From: Ylistrum balloti
Taxonomy: Eukaryota
Direction of reading: 5' to 3'
Length of the DNA stretch: 64,000 nt
Assembly (NCBI RefSeq): GCF_031769215.1
Contig: NW_026782729.1
Span: 62,001-126,000, forward strand
A program made the position numbers and the translations under genes. The notes below the pieces were generated by a model. That model was not told the origin of the DNA, did not search any database, and worked only from the letters and a program-made list of their open reading frames with translations. Numbering within the stretch: position 1 is the first letter of the stretch; each line of letters starts with the position of its first letter. Positions 38,901-53,000 of the stretch are shown in pieces.

Positions 38901-40859
38901 CCCCATCACCATCACACTGATTAATACTGTAACTGATCAATTACATCCACTTTTCCTTACTCCGGTTTTACAGTAGGTAAAATCTATAATACATTAACCA
39001 TAAAAACTGTTATCCAATGATGTGACTCCAATCTAAACCTAGCCAGCAATGTACAAAATTTATATTACTGCATGTCATGTATCCTGTATTTACACAAGTG
39101 TCCTGAAGATTAATGAGAAAGCACTTTAAACTAGATATTGAATTTAAAAGGCTGGAGTAATGTTAACATATACTTAAACCAGAAGTTTATTTTATCAATT
39201 TCTCTTTTTTATTTTGGTTTTTCTAATTATTCTTTAATGATTCTCCCTTAATTTGAACTACTTTTCTCACAGGATTATAAAATGAACCCATACTGAGCCT
39301 CTTAAATGTTTTTTTTTTCTAAGGTAGATAACATTACAAGGTAGAAAGATGGTGACACTGACTTTTAAAGGATATGGAGTTGAGTTGATGATATCTGTTT
39401 TAATCAGGATGAAAACTTTATATTATCGATGTAAAATAGATCACGTAACTTTTTAAGATAAATGTTGCTTTATATTTAGGCACTGTCACCCACTAGTAAA
39501 GATGTCTGTCTGTACACAGATGTAGAACACCTTGGGTGTTGTACGATGAGAGAGGTGTTGGTAAAATGTACCCAATAAGCTATATACATGTAGTATATGA
39601 ATTGTTATACTGACATGACACTGGCAGAGACTCAGGAATATAAAAAAGTGCCGGCTTTTCTATGTCACATCACATATGTTTGGTGGAAACATGAGAGACT
39701 GGTATATTCTTGTCAGCTGGTGGTATCAATTAACACTGCCCAATATCAAAGGTGCATTTGTACTTCAGGGTATACCACATCCCAGTGTGTCCATGACACC
39801 ACAGTTTCATCATAGACCCCTGTATAAAAACAAAGCCCACGGAATATATATAAGTAATAGATAGGACCATGGTATTGGCTTCTTCAGTTTGACTTATTCT
39901 TGCGATATAGCTGCTCATTTTCATGGGTCAAAATTTTCGTGATTTGCTAATAGAACAGTTCAATAGTATTTTAACCAATGGAAATCACGCAATTTAGAAG
40001 AAAAAAACATCTTATACACACCTGTCTAATAATGTCATGATTAAAATTCTAGCACTCATGAAAATGTGCCACAAAATAACAATAATATCCTCCTCACTAA
40101 TATAACCAGCCATACAGAATTCAGCTACCATTGGCCATTTGACACTTTGCCTATTCTTGCAACCTTGTCCTTAGCATCTGCAAAACAATACCTTATCAGA
40201 AATTTACTACAATAAAGACATACTGTTAATTCCTTTACAACATTCTTGTCTTGTAGTAACTTTATTGATACAGTATCTCCATATGCAAGATAAAAAAATT
40301 TATCCAGATAAATCGACTAGAAAATGTTAGCCTAAAAAGATAACAGCTTATCGGGTGGGTTTTATTTAATTATGACCAGCTGTTGAAGTAAGATGAATTT
40401 TTTTAAACAATAACTTCCTAGACATCTGTCTCAGAGAGGATTATGTACCTTATTAATAACCATACAAACTGTGATGTGACAAGTCTAGTCTCCTCTCATC
40501 TTTCCTATATTAAGTTAGCTATAAAGTTGCTGTATTTATACCAGTTTCAGTGAAGTGTGTGCAGGAAATCAGCAGATGGCTAACTTCTTTCCGGTGAAGG
40601 TGATTTCCTGTGATGAACTCTGACAAATGATACATGTTCCTGGTGAAATATCATTGATTTCATGCCAGCCATAAAATATCTGTGAAGTGTCAACAACACA
40701 ATAAATCTCTGTTAAGATGTCTGACTGAATGGTGACATACAACTGATGACACACCAAATCGCCCAGGTAGCTGTTATAGAATAAAAGGTGTAATTCAGTC
40801 TTCTCTACACGTCAAACAATTTATCACAGGGAGCCAGAAAACATTGACAGTTAAACAAA

Positions 40860-41890
40860 AACAACACTAAAACCTTCATCTGTCACACCTCACAAAACCC
40901 TCCCCTGTCACACCTCACTAGAACCCACACCTGTCACATCTCACTAAAATCCTCATCTGTCCACATCTCATAAAAACCCTCATCTGTCACACCTCAATAA
41001 TACCCTCACTTCACTAAAACCTTTGTCTGACCTCACAAAACCCTTTTCCGTCACACCTCACTAAAACTTTTGTCTGTATCACCTCACTAAAATCTTTGTC
41101 TGTCTTGCCTCACTAAAGCCCTCATCTGTCTTACCTTACCAAAACCTTAGTCTGTCTAACCTCACTAAAACCTTAGTCTGTCTAACCTCACCAAAACCTT
41201 AGTCTGTCTAACCTCACTAAAACCTTAGTCTGTCTAACCTCACTAAAACCTTAGTCTGTCTAACCTCACTAAAACCTTAGTCTGTCTAACCTCACTAAAA
41301 CCTTAGTCTGTCTAACCTCACTAAAACCTTTGTCTGTCTAACCTCACTAAAACCTTAGTCTGTCTAACCTCACTAAAACCTTAGTCTGTCTAACCTCACT
41401 AAAACCTTAGTCTGTCTAACCTCACTAAAGCCTTAGTCTGTCTAACCTCACTAAAACCTTTGTCTGTCTAACCTCACTAAAACCTTAGTCTGTCTAACCT
41501 CACTAAAACCTTAGTCTGTCTAACCTCACTAAAACCTTAGTCTGTATCACCTCACTAAAACCTTTGTCTGTCTAACCTCACTAAAACCTTAGTCTGTCTA
41601 ACCTCACCAAAACCTTTGTCTGTCTAACCTCACTAAAACCTTTGTCTGTCTAACCTCACTAAAACCTTTGTCTGTCTAACCTCACTAAAACCTTTGTCTG
41701 TCTAACCTCACTAAAACCTTTGTCTGTCACACCAACCTAAAACTTTTGTTGGTTTCACCACACTAACACCCTCATTTGTCATACATCACTAAAACCCTTC
41801 TCTGTCTCCCCTCGCTAATACCTTCGTTTGTCACACCTTATCTGTCACCCACTAATCTTTGTCTGTCACATCATGGTAAAATCTTTTTGT
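40860..41890. repeat. 26-bp minisatellite, about 39 copies, homogeneous core with degenerate flanks
   Basis: Unit CTCACTAAAACCTT(A/T)GTCTGTCTAAC; period 26 (41161 to 41187). Confidence 0.97.
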
Positions 41891-44454
41891 CTGTCAAATC
41901 ACATTTAAAACAGTTATGGCCATGAGAACAAAAAGTATCATCCCTTTCAGATATTATCCAAATGTCTGCATTATTAAGTTAGTTCAGATAGTTATCTGAA
42001 ACAAATATGATAATTAAAAGCATGCAGTCATACTTCATCAATGATAATTTTCCTTTTTCTTACAAAAACTGATTTTAAAGCAAAAATAATGATACAAAAC
42101 CTGACATAACAGAGAGATTTTATGTATCAATTACACACCCACACCCACCCACATAACATTGATTGATATCTAAAAAGATATATATCACTTTGTTCCAGCT
42201 TTATACATCAGTAACGCAAGAAATCTAAATATTTTTTAATAAATATATAGTTTGATACTTGAAAAGTGATTTAAGTTTTTAATTGTATATGTATATATAT
42301 ATATAAACACAAGAATAACCTTTCTATGCACAGCATGTTTCATTGACAATTATCATCTAAACACACTCTTGGCAAGCTGTGACGAATGTGCACTGAAGGA
42401 ATTGGGAACATGAAAGTGTTGTACAGTGCACATGTACTGACTACCGAGAGCTGTAGACTGTTGTATTGATACAGGAGTCCCTCAGCTCCCTTTAGATACA
42501 CTTTGAAACAGAGGTTTGATAGCTAGTGTTTTCTTACAGTAGTGTACTGTTTAAGTACTGTGTGCTAGGGACTTACATGGACAGATAATGTACTGCAAAA
42601 AGTACCTAGATTGTAATAAGTTTAACAGACATTTGTAATTGGATTGCAAAATGAAAGAAGGATGTAAATCATTGTATTATCATTGAAGTGAAACAATAAA
42701 AGAGTAGAGAATTACAGCTAAATGTCATCATTCCCTTTGAGACAGCAAGTACAAGAAAATGAAGAATATGGTTTTGTATGCTGATTACACTGAAAGCAAG
42801 TACAGGAGAGTTATTGTAAATTTAAATCACTCAACTAAACCAGAGAGGGAGAGCTGACATGGGATCCAAACTACTGCCATTTCAGTCTTCCCTTAATGTG
42901 ACAGTATGAGCAGTAAGACATATAATCCAAACAGACTAACATTAACACTGTTTGTATTGAATCAAGAATACAGAAGAAAATACAGAAATGTCATTCAAAA
43001 CAGCAAAAATTAAACAAATGGCATCTGCTTCGAGTACACGAAGTTCATGTTAAAAATCCATTTCATTAAGGAAATTTGATTTCTTTTAGATTAATGAAAA
43101 TCCCCAGACTGCTGTTGAAGCCCTCAATATGTCCGTCATTTGATAGAAAGCTCCAGAATGTTGCTCTATGAACTTTTCTATTCCAGGATGGTGCCAGCAA
43201 CTTGATGGTGCCTTAATAACCTACATTGAAGTCTCATATCACTCACATTTACTGACCAGCTGATTGTATTAACTAGAAATGTCTCTCATGTTTATGCTCA
43301 TTCTGGCATTAAACTCTTTTTATGTAAATTGTCTTTATTTCACAAGCTGAAATTTAATTAAACTACAACGTATGATATTTTTAGCCATAAAGAGATCTGT
43401 CTATTGGGGCTGCATTATCTAATAACGAATCTGTATTCAAGATATTTATCATATGGCTTGTACTGCTGATGTAATCCATCACTGCAGCATAGAGCTTAAG
43501 CTGAACTCTGACACCCACTCAACTTTCTTACTATTATATAAATTTTCTAAGATGTTGAAAATACAGCAATTATTCAATGAAATTGTTAAGATGTTGAGGA
43601 TTTTTCCATAATTTAGGAATGAAATTGACTATACGAATAGGGAAAACAGCCGAAATCATTGATATTTGTGTAATGACTTCCCAGAATTGTAAAGTCCATT
43701 TATAAACCTATAATTGAGTGCTGATGGTGATGTCATTACAATGGAACTATCAAGTGTTCAACACTGGAGACAGCTAACCTATACTGACTGGAAAGTATCG
43801 GTTTATTATCAAAACCAACATAAACTTCTGAACAGAGCCCATAACAATCATCATATGCTAACATATATTGATTTATCTGTATCCTGCTCTGAATTCCCTT
43901 AATCTATTCAAGTGAAAATATCTTCAAAGAGTTCTTTAAGTTTTAAAGATAATCAGGTTTTGATGAAGAATGCCCAATAGATTCACTGATGATACACTAT
44001 CATCTCCTGAAACACAGCTCCTTAACTCTAAGCCTTCCTTCATTAATGAAAATAATCATAGGCATGATTAGCATAACTGATTGTTTTATCACTAAGTAAT
44101 ATGTCTATCATTAGGTGCAGTTAGATAACAAATACAAGGGTGGGGCATCAGTGGCCCATTACACTGTTATTGTGTAAAAAGTTAGACCTATAGAATACTG
44201 ATATCATCCCACACTTATATTATAGGAGTTTCCTTCAACAGGATATTCTTCCACTGTAGGTTTTTTTATAGTAACATGTGTTTGTGAGGAAATCCTGAAG
44301 AATTGTCTATACACCTGAATCACATTATATACTGATATTGCCTTCAGAGATAAAAGGCCTTAATAGAAAAACAAACTCTGTGAATTACTGCTCCAAACAA
44401 ACCAGACAGTAAATCCCAGAAATACAAGCCATGTAGGCAATATTTTAGGACATG

Positions 44455-44627
44455 GTTACGTAACAGTGGATCACCAAACGAAACTGTATGAAATGTAATT
44501 GTGACGCAAACATTACAAAAACTATTGAGAAGTGTAATATAGACAAGCTGCTCCACTGAGCAGAGATTACCTTCAATCTGTCCACGTGGTAGGTACACGT
44601 GGTGAAAACACATCAAGTGTGACGTCA
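44455..44627. promoter_or_regulatory. Candidate intronic circadian/cAMP-type enhancer: D-box, tandem E-boxes and CRE
   Basis: GTTACGTAAC 44455-64; TGACGCAA 44502-09; CACGTG 44583-88 and 44596-601; TGACGTCA 44620-27. All are CpG-containing motifs in a CpG-poor background. Function is inferred. Confidence 0.5.
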
Positions 44628-47600
44628 GTAGCACAATAAATCAACTTCAGCCATCTTTTTATTACAACTGCTGAAGTTTACGTCCATTGTAGGATATAAA
44701 ATATACCTTCAAACCGTGCAGGTTTATATCAACAAACTGTTTTCTTTTCATAATGAATGAGCAGTATCTTTCTTATAGAACTTCTATCATTGAATCAAAT
44801 GACTCCCATTATTAATTATGATACAAAATTGCAAATGATCTTATACAAACCTTTCCTGCAGCCAGGTCATCTAACGACAACTCGATGTGCATGTTATTTG
44901 ATTGGAAACTTTCGACAATGAATACAAATCAGCAATGAAGGAAAAGATTAATGGTTGTTCAACAGGAAGAAAATCAACGTGCTCACATTACGGGATGAAG
45001 TGATTTGCATGCAGACATAAAAGAAATTGACATCTTACATGTTTTAACAGCCATCTTATGTTGCAATTTGGCATTAAATTGTCTTTCTTCTTCCATAAAT
45101 AACATATCAATGAAAAAAAAAAAAAGAAACGAAAAAAAAAAACAAAAAAATACATGTTGTAGTCAATAATTGAGCATTCTAAATCTGGATACAAGGCATC
45201 AGAGACATGGATTTAAGACTGCCACAAGAAGGCTGGTAATTTAGGAAGCAGGTACTTTGCGAACATCCTCCTACCGGACATGTTGGAACCGATGGTTCTG
45301 GACATCTCTAATTGTGTAACATCATTAAGGCAGTCGAAAGAAATGCGTTTTCAGAGTCTGTAATGTTGAACACATGTAAACCAATTCTTATTATAGTTTA
45401 ATTTCACAGACAAATCTTTCTGAGCGATATTTGTTTTTTTGGTTTTTTTTAATGCAGCTTTAGAAAGAAATTCAATTCTTACATACAGAGAATTGATTCC
45501 AAATACCAACGCTAGCACAAGGAGGCATTCAGACAAAACGAATGCTCTTTTGTGAATGTTCCACAATAAATGTGAACCTGCTGAGGCATACTGTTGTCTA
45601 CTGCTAAGATGTCTAATGTAGAAAAAGCATTTTTTTTTTCATGCCTACAACTTGGATAGAACTCAAGACTATAGCCTACTGTTTACCTAATGGTCTTGCC
45701 TAACCTATCTTACATAAATGCAAACTACATTGGAAAACAGAAAATGGCAAATGTAGATAAGGCACATTCCGTCCGAATTTCTTAAACCTATAACAGCTAA
45801 GTTGTCACGAGTACCTTATTTCATCATGACAACACCACTACACTGCAGTATAACATGTTATTTACCATTTCAACAAGTCAAGTTTTCAAGTAGGAACTGA
45901 CTGAAAACACATGGTATACTTATAAGTGTAGGTGTGAACAACAGAGCACATTTCATGTAAGGACTACTACCCTGAGAGTCTAGATTTCATGTTTATCACT
46001 AAATCTCATTACTTAGACTGTGGTTAATAAAGTCTAATGACCGCAGTCATATCTAAGCTTCCATAGCTGTTTTTCAAGACTGCCTTCACAATCATTCCTG
46101 TGAAACATGCAAGCTCAGTCTATTATAAAGAAGGATTAAGACACGAGTCTTTAAATTAACCAGCAATGTCTGACGCAATTGTCTTAAGCACTACTTCTAA
46201 TCCATTAATCTGTTCAGGTCATTGGGTCTCCGTATTTTGTATGGAGCTTTACCAGTGGCGTGATACGACATAGCTGTACTGAACTTTTGAGACAATAAAT
46301 CTTTCAGTTTTCCAAAAATTTGTATTACTCAGCTGGCCTTGACATGAAATAGTACACAAGGTTTGTGCCATTGTTGCCATCTGCCAATTGTTATAGACAA
46401 AAGAGTAACTTATCAGGCATTTAAACACTGACGAAGATCACAAGGCTAGTGCTAACTTGTTATACACTGACTATTGGCATTTAAACATGAATATGATTTT
46501 GCACAGTCAGTAATATTTCAGAATGCAGAATGGTTAAAACAGGGTATCTCAATGAATGTAGGTCTTGTATGACGTATATTGGTTTTGTACTTGTGGGGTC
46601 ATTGTATACGCTTCACTGCTCCCATATTCACCTGTGGTGGAAAGGACAGGTAGTATGAAACACTCGCTTAAAAAATATATTCTTTGTGTTTTCATTTAAT
46701 GTATGCTATAAACAGTTTCCATGGACACTCTAACGAATAATATGATATATGTAAATTTTGTCTCTGTAAAAAAGTAATATGATCTACAGTAATTTTCAAA
46801 AAATATAGTTAAAAAAATTTGTATATAACGAAAAAGGAAAACAATCATCTATCAAATATCTACTTGCAAAGCCAGCCAGTGACAACAAAGTCACCAACTT
46901 CTTCTTTAAAAAAAGAAATTAAACAATACATAACACTGCATGAATCTTATAGTACTCACTACACTAACAGGTGTGTCACATATTTCTGCAATAATCTAAT
47001 TGAAAAATTTCAATCTCTGCTTACACAAATTTCTTACATATATAAATATATATAAAGAAAAAAAACAGAGAAAAAAGAAAGGTAAGTGTTCAGTATGTCA
47101 AGGCTGCCTAACAAGACCAAGTCATTCTTGGCCTCTTCAGGGTTTCTTTTCTACAGCCTATAAACAAATTCTCCAAGGAAGTTTGGCAAAAACACAATAC
47201 AAACCACCAGGGATTCCACCCATTACAACATAACTGATGTATATACACATATTTCTGCTGTAATCAGATTTAACGTTTTTTGCTTTGCCCTGAAATCTAT
47301 TCACCATGTTTATGTACAATATACCTAGGGGGAACATCAATACTCATTGTATACCGATTTTCCATTCAATAAGTCTCTAAAACATGAATCCCTTCAAATA
47401 ATAAATTTTTATTTTATTAGTAATTGAATGCTTTATGTGTGCAATAACAATTATCTTTTTATTGTTTTGAACCATAATTAAACTTCAGCAAAATGAAATC
47501 TCTGCATTCTTAATATCATTTTCATTTTGATGTGAATTTTTCTATGTATGACTTGCACTGAAAATTAAATTCAAGTAAACCACTTAATTATATTCTGAAG

Positions 47601-49394
47601 CAAATTATGCACATACGCTTGAATTCTACAAGCAATGCCATTGTTGAAAATATAAATGGCAGCCTTGTATTAATAAATGAGTGATCTCATTAGCATGATT
47701 AAGTACAAGACGGAAATGATACCTTGCCAGAGGAGTTGTCCAAAGGTAAATGCACTTGGTAAAAAGATAGCAAGCCATGTCAAATGGTAATTACATACAA
47801 CCAAATATTGAATACAGCTCATCAAAAGCCTTCATTACCATGAGATCAGTAAGAAAAAAGTGTGCATTACAGTTTCCTGTGTAGAAACTTTGGTCATTTT
47901 CATGTCTACATGAAGTACGATAAAACCTCAGTTGACAGAAAAAACATGGATCCTTCTGTAGCAGCCATGAAAGTGTTTTCCTTAAATGAGTTAAATCATG
48001 GAAGAAAGTAGCCACAAACAATTTATACAGTATATTTTGTGTTTATTACATGTAAATCAGAGAACATTGCCAATTATGTAGAATATCAGAGATTATTTAT
48101 GTAATTGTATCATGTACTAGTATATGTTATGTAGGTTTGAAGATTTCTATCATATAGTATATATATAATATTAATATTACACGCGAAAAATTTGCTGAAA
48201 ATAAAAAAAAAATGATCCTCCTTATATTACACTTAGTAAATGTTGTCCTCTATCCTTTCTGCTCTGATTGTGTTTATTGTCAGCCATTAGAAAGGTGTCC
48301 CTACTGAACCCGGACTGTCACTGACATCATGCATGATATACACATGATCAAAGAAGACCTGTCACTATACACATCAACATATTATCTAAAACACTGCAGA
48401 AATGTTAAATTACATTTTTCAAAAGGTTTTCCTGACAATGAAAGATGATTCTCTACAGGTATAGAACACTAGTAACATCATTAGTAAAATGAGCTGTAGG
48501 TTAGTAGCTGGACTTGTCAAATACATTTATATGTTAACTATGTTTTGACTTGTTATTTATTATCAGCCCATGTGAATGCACATCCTTAGCAGGCAAATCA
48601 TTCTCTTATTGAAATCATCGTTGGATATATCAATGGAGATTTACACAAGCATCAGCCAAACTAATATAACCCTTTCCAAACATAATACCAACCATATGAA
48701 ATAAATATAACTGATTGATATCAGGAAAAAGCCTTACTGAAGCATACCTTGGCTAACACAGTAGTAACATAATTGCTTATGTGAGAAATGGTCTTTCGGT
48801 GTAATGGGAAATCAACTGTTGCCTTTACACCATTAAAATTTCTATCTCAATCATTGGAGGTGGCATTCGAGATACGACTCTTACACCAAAATCAAAACTA
48901 TATCACACTAGTATATCAAGGCTCAGAAAGGTATTTTTTAAATTGTGTTATTTCGTCTTTTCCTTAATACATAAATTTCTTGCATCTTCCAACTTAAGTT
49001 ATTTGCTATTTTAAGGATATTGCTTTTGCAGGTCATAAATTAACATGAAAAATTGCTTTGAACATGAAAAGAATGAGGAAATAGGTTTTGTTGTTCTAAA
49101 AGAGTGAGCATCTGAATATGTTACAAATTGTTTCCTTCTTCATCGGTTATATCTCCCTACAGACAAGCCCATCACAACAAAGAATGCCACCCATCACTTG
49201 TAATGGTCTTATAATCAACAAGGTTTGTTTCCAGGGACTTGTAAAGAAATCTTGTTGATGGATCCCATTTAACATCAATAAATCCCTTATGGTAAAACAA
49301 TGTGGCTCCTGGTTCTCAATTCCTCTCTCATTCACAATAACATCAATGTTCACTTGCCTTTGTATCAGTCATTAAACTTTCCCACCAAATAAAA

Positions 49395-50045
49395 ATATCC
49401 CTTGTTATTGGTCGAAAACAGCCAGGCCTTAATCAGTGTGCATTTCTATTTGCCAGGAACGAAAAAGCCTATATCAATGTGCCTTTCAATTGGTCAGGAA
49501 AAACATGACTAAATCAGTGTGCCTTTCTATTGGTCAGGAAAAACATGACTAAATCAGTGTGCCTTTCTATTGGTCAGGAAAAACATGACTAAATCAGTGT
49601 GCCTTTCTATTGGTCAGGAAAAACATGACTAAATCAGTGTGCCTTTCTATTGGTTAATGATAACCATGCCTCATTCAGTATGACTTTCTATTGGTCAATG
49701 ATAACTATGGCTAAATCAGTGCGCCTTTCTATTGGTCAGGAAAAACATGACTAAATCAGTGTGCCTTTCTATTGGTTAATGATAACCATGCCTCATTCAG
49801 TATGACTTTCTATTGGTCAATGATAACTATGGCTAAATCAGTGCGCCTTTCTATTGGTCAGGAAAAACATGACTAAATCAGTGTGCCTTTCTATTGGTTA
49901 ATGATAACCATGCCTCATTCAGTATGACTTTATATTGGTCAATGATAACTATGGCTAAATCAGTGCGCCTTTCTATTGGCCAATGATAAGCTTGCTTCAA
50001 TCAGAATGCATTTCTATTGGTCAGTAAAAAATGTCTATTAGAAAT
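49395..50045. repeat. 40/41-bp minisatellite with a 122-bp three-unit higher-order repeat; one CCAAT box per unit
   Basis: Unit AAATCAGTGTGCCTTTCTATTGGTCAGGAAAAACATGACT. ATTGG occurs at 15 positions from 49408 to 50016. The variant triplet recurs at 49649, 49771 and 49893. Confidence 0.95.
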
Positions 50046-53000
50046 GAATGTGCCTTTCATCTAGTCAATTACACACCTAGGTCAGTGGTCCTGTGCACTG
50101 ATGATATGATATGGATACACAAGATCTGGAGATCCTACATCGACAGGAACTAGATACCTATAACTAGTGCTACATCATGATGTAACACTCTAATAGACAA
50201 GTCTAGCCATGCACTAGGGATAAACACAGGGTTGTGGAATAAAGTCTGCACATCCGATTCTTCAAAGGGAGCCACCAACCAGGTCCAGACATATGGTGCA
50301 CCATCTTCGTTGTTTCTTTGTTCATGAAGAGACCTACTATATACATAGAAGCATGCAGTGCACCCAGGAGCTTTGTAAAAGACATTAAAAACATGTTCGC
50401 TGACTGTTATTTTGCTAAACGCAGCTAATTCTACAATATCCATAGCTGAACACACCAGAGGGAATACCTCAGTAATCAACAGTGAAGAATTATGCAAAAA
50501 GGTTCCTTTCACTGACAGACCTATTTCAGAAATGACTCAAACCCTGATCTAGAATAAAACTCATCTCTAATACCATTCATCATACAATAATCACAGAACA
50601 AGGCACCAAGGTAATAAAGTAATGGGTAAAACAACCATTTCTATGCCCTTCTCCTGTGGAACCAGCACTGATCACCAATTAAGGTGAATGTTGGTGGAGA
50701 GAAGTTTTGCAACCTGAACTCTTGGAGGAGAAAAAAAAAATGGAAAAAAACAATCAGCTCTCAGAGGCCCAAAATGTCTGCAGTATAGATATTATGTGTG
50801 CTTTAGTCAGTTGGCATTTAGAAAGGAAAGCTGCGTAGATAGGAGGATGTATTGAAGTGTTGTTTGGTGTCCCTCCTCCCAGTACAGCTAGTTGTTGGGT
50901 CTGTATTGATGTTTGGGCTCCATCAGCCAACGGATACAGACTGAAGGTATGTGTGTGGGTGGTAGTGATGGTTTGTGATGCTGATCACTTTGCCTATCAC
51001 TGGAGTTCAGATTCCAGGCTCCAGTCAGTGCATTTAACACCAAAACACAGCCAGGCTTTTAACACAGTGGTCAGGCTGGTGCTACTGAAATTGTCCAAGG
51101 GGGGATGAGGAAGGCTGTCAGACTTACAACACTACAGCCAGACTGTAATGCATTATACCTTTCTTTCCAACAATGCTACTGTTTTAGACTACTACAACAG
51201 CTGTGCATGTCCACCACACAGCTCTCGAGTTCCAAAACACAGGAAGGCAGTGAACTCATGGTATCTATCTTAGCATACTGTTATTATATATATCGCACCC
51301 AATTAGCCAGGACTGTTCCCTCAAAATCAGAGCCTGTACCTTGGGGAATATGCTCTACCTTTTTATTACACTTGATATATGCAGTATTCCTACTTGAAGG
51401 ATTTCACCCTTAGGCTTATACTTAGTCTCCACACTGGTGTCAGACAGATTCACTCCAGATGCCATATTTCTCAGTGACAGTTACAGTAGAGGAAATGGCC
51501 TGCATTTGAAGGTGGCTTGTAAATCTAATTATATATAATACAGATCAAAAGTTGTAAATATGCCAACATGAACATATGTTTGTTTCGAGATCTTTATCAG
51601 AGTTTCAGACAATTATCTGAAGTCAATATATTTGGTTTTAGCATAATATTTAGATCAACTTATAGCAACTTACACCAGCTATCCTGCAAGTTATCTAGAT
51701 ATCAGTCCTAGACACATTTGTTTAACACTTCTACAATCTAGGGTTGCAATGCAGGACAATGGAAAATTCCATAAACCTGCAATGCACTTTTGAACCACTA
51801 ATATCAGACCAAAGGCGATAGCACCAACCAAACATTTCATTCCAACTTCTGTGATGGTTTACATGCCACACTCAATTATTTAGTAACAACCTAAGAACTA
51901 ATTTTGTTACTAAGACAGTATAATAACATTACACTCAGGTCTATGTCTCCTCAGCCAGTACAACATAGGATATCCCAGCTACACCATGGTCAGGTTAACA
52001 CCCCTTAAGCAGTCTGAGACGACACAATTGTCTCTACATTCTGCTAGTGTCAATAACTGCAGTATATAGAAACCAAAATCTGGCCAACAAACCTTGGTAT
52101 GCTGTTAATTTATGTTTTAGAGAATGCACAGAAACACAAGCTTCTGACAGGTTTTTTATTTCCTCGTATGTGATAGACTGAAAAGAGACATAAGAGGCCA
52201 GGATGACGAGGGAGGTGAGATGACATATTTACACAAACTATTAATTTACCACCATGCACTGGTCAACTCCAATCAACAAGTAAGGAATCTGTGACCTGAT
52301 AAGTCTAATCTAAAGAGTCCAAATGAATGACCACTTTGTCAGACCAGTGGTCACGCCACATTGAAGGCCTTGGACACTCATTTTGATAGGTAGTAGTTAT
52401 TTTGTACTCATACCTCCTTGGATCAGTATGCAGGTTTATGTGTCAAAACAACCCATATACTGTCAGGTAAGCCATTTTTATCAGACTGCTTTATCTGTAG
52501 TACTGATAGACTAGGTCACACACATATCTGAATATCACTATATATGACTGCCATCAAAATTCCCTTACACTGTACTTATGCTAATCATATGCTATTTTAA
52601 GGGAGAGCTCTATTTTTAGATTATTTTATGTGTAAAATAAAGGTCAAGCTTCAAATAAATTTGACTGTAGAATATATCCCTGTCTTATGATCTCATGACT
52701 CACTTCTTATAATTAAATTTGTAATACTTAGGGGAGTTGCAAAGTGTTAATCATAATTTCTAGGGATGACATGTGCTAAATAGATAATGCAGAAATGACA
52801 AAATCTAAGAATGTATTGCGTAATTCACTGACCGAGTAGCATTTCCGGGAGGGTATTGTGAAATAGGAATATCTAGCCTTGACATATGTAATCTTTAATC
52901 CAACAAGCCGGAGGCCATGCCAGAAAATCCACAATTACACAGAAACACAAAACTTTCAAAAGTTTTAAAAACTTCAATTTTCAACATACATTGTAAATCT

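Noticed and set aside
50150-50512. 120-aa minus-strand ORF (MKGTFLHNSS...) as a possible ERR N-terminal exon or nested gene
   Set aside because: No recognisable motif, no C4 finger, and no convincing splice sites; an ORF of this length can arise by chance.
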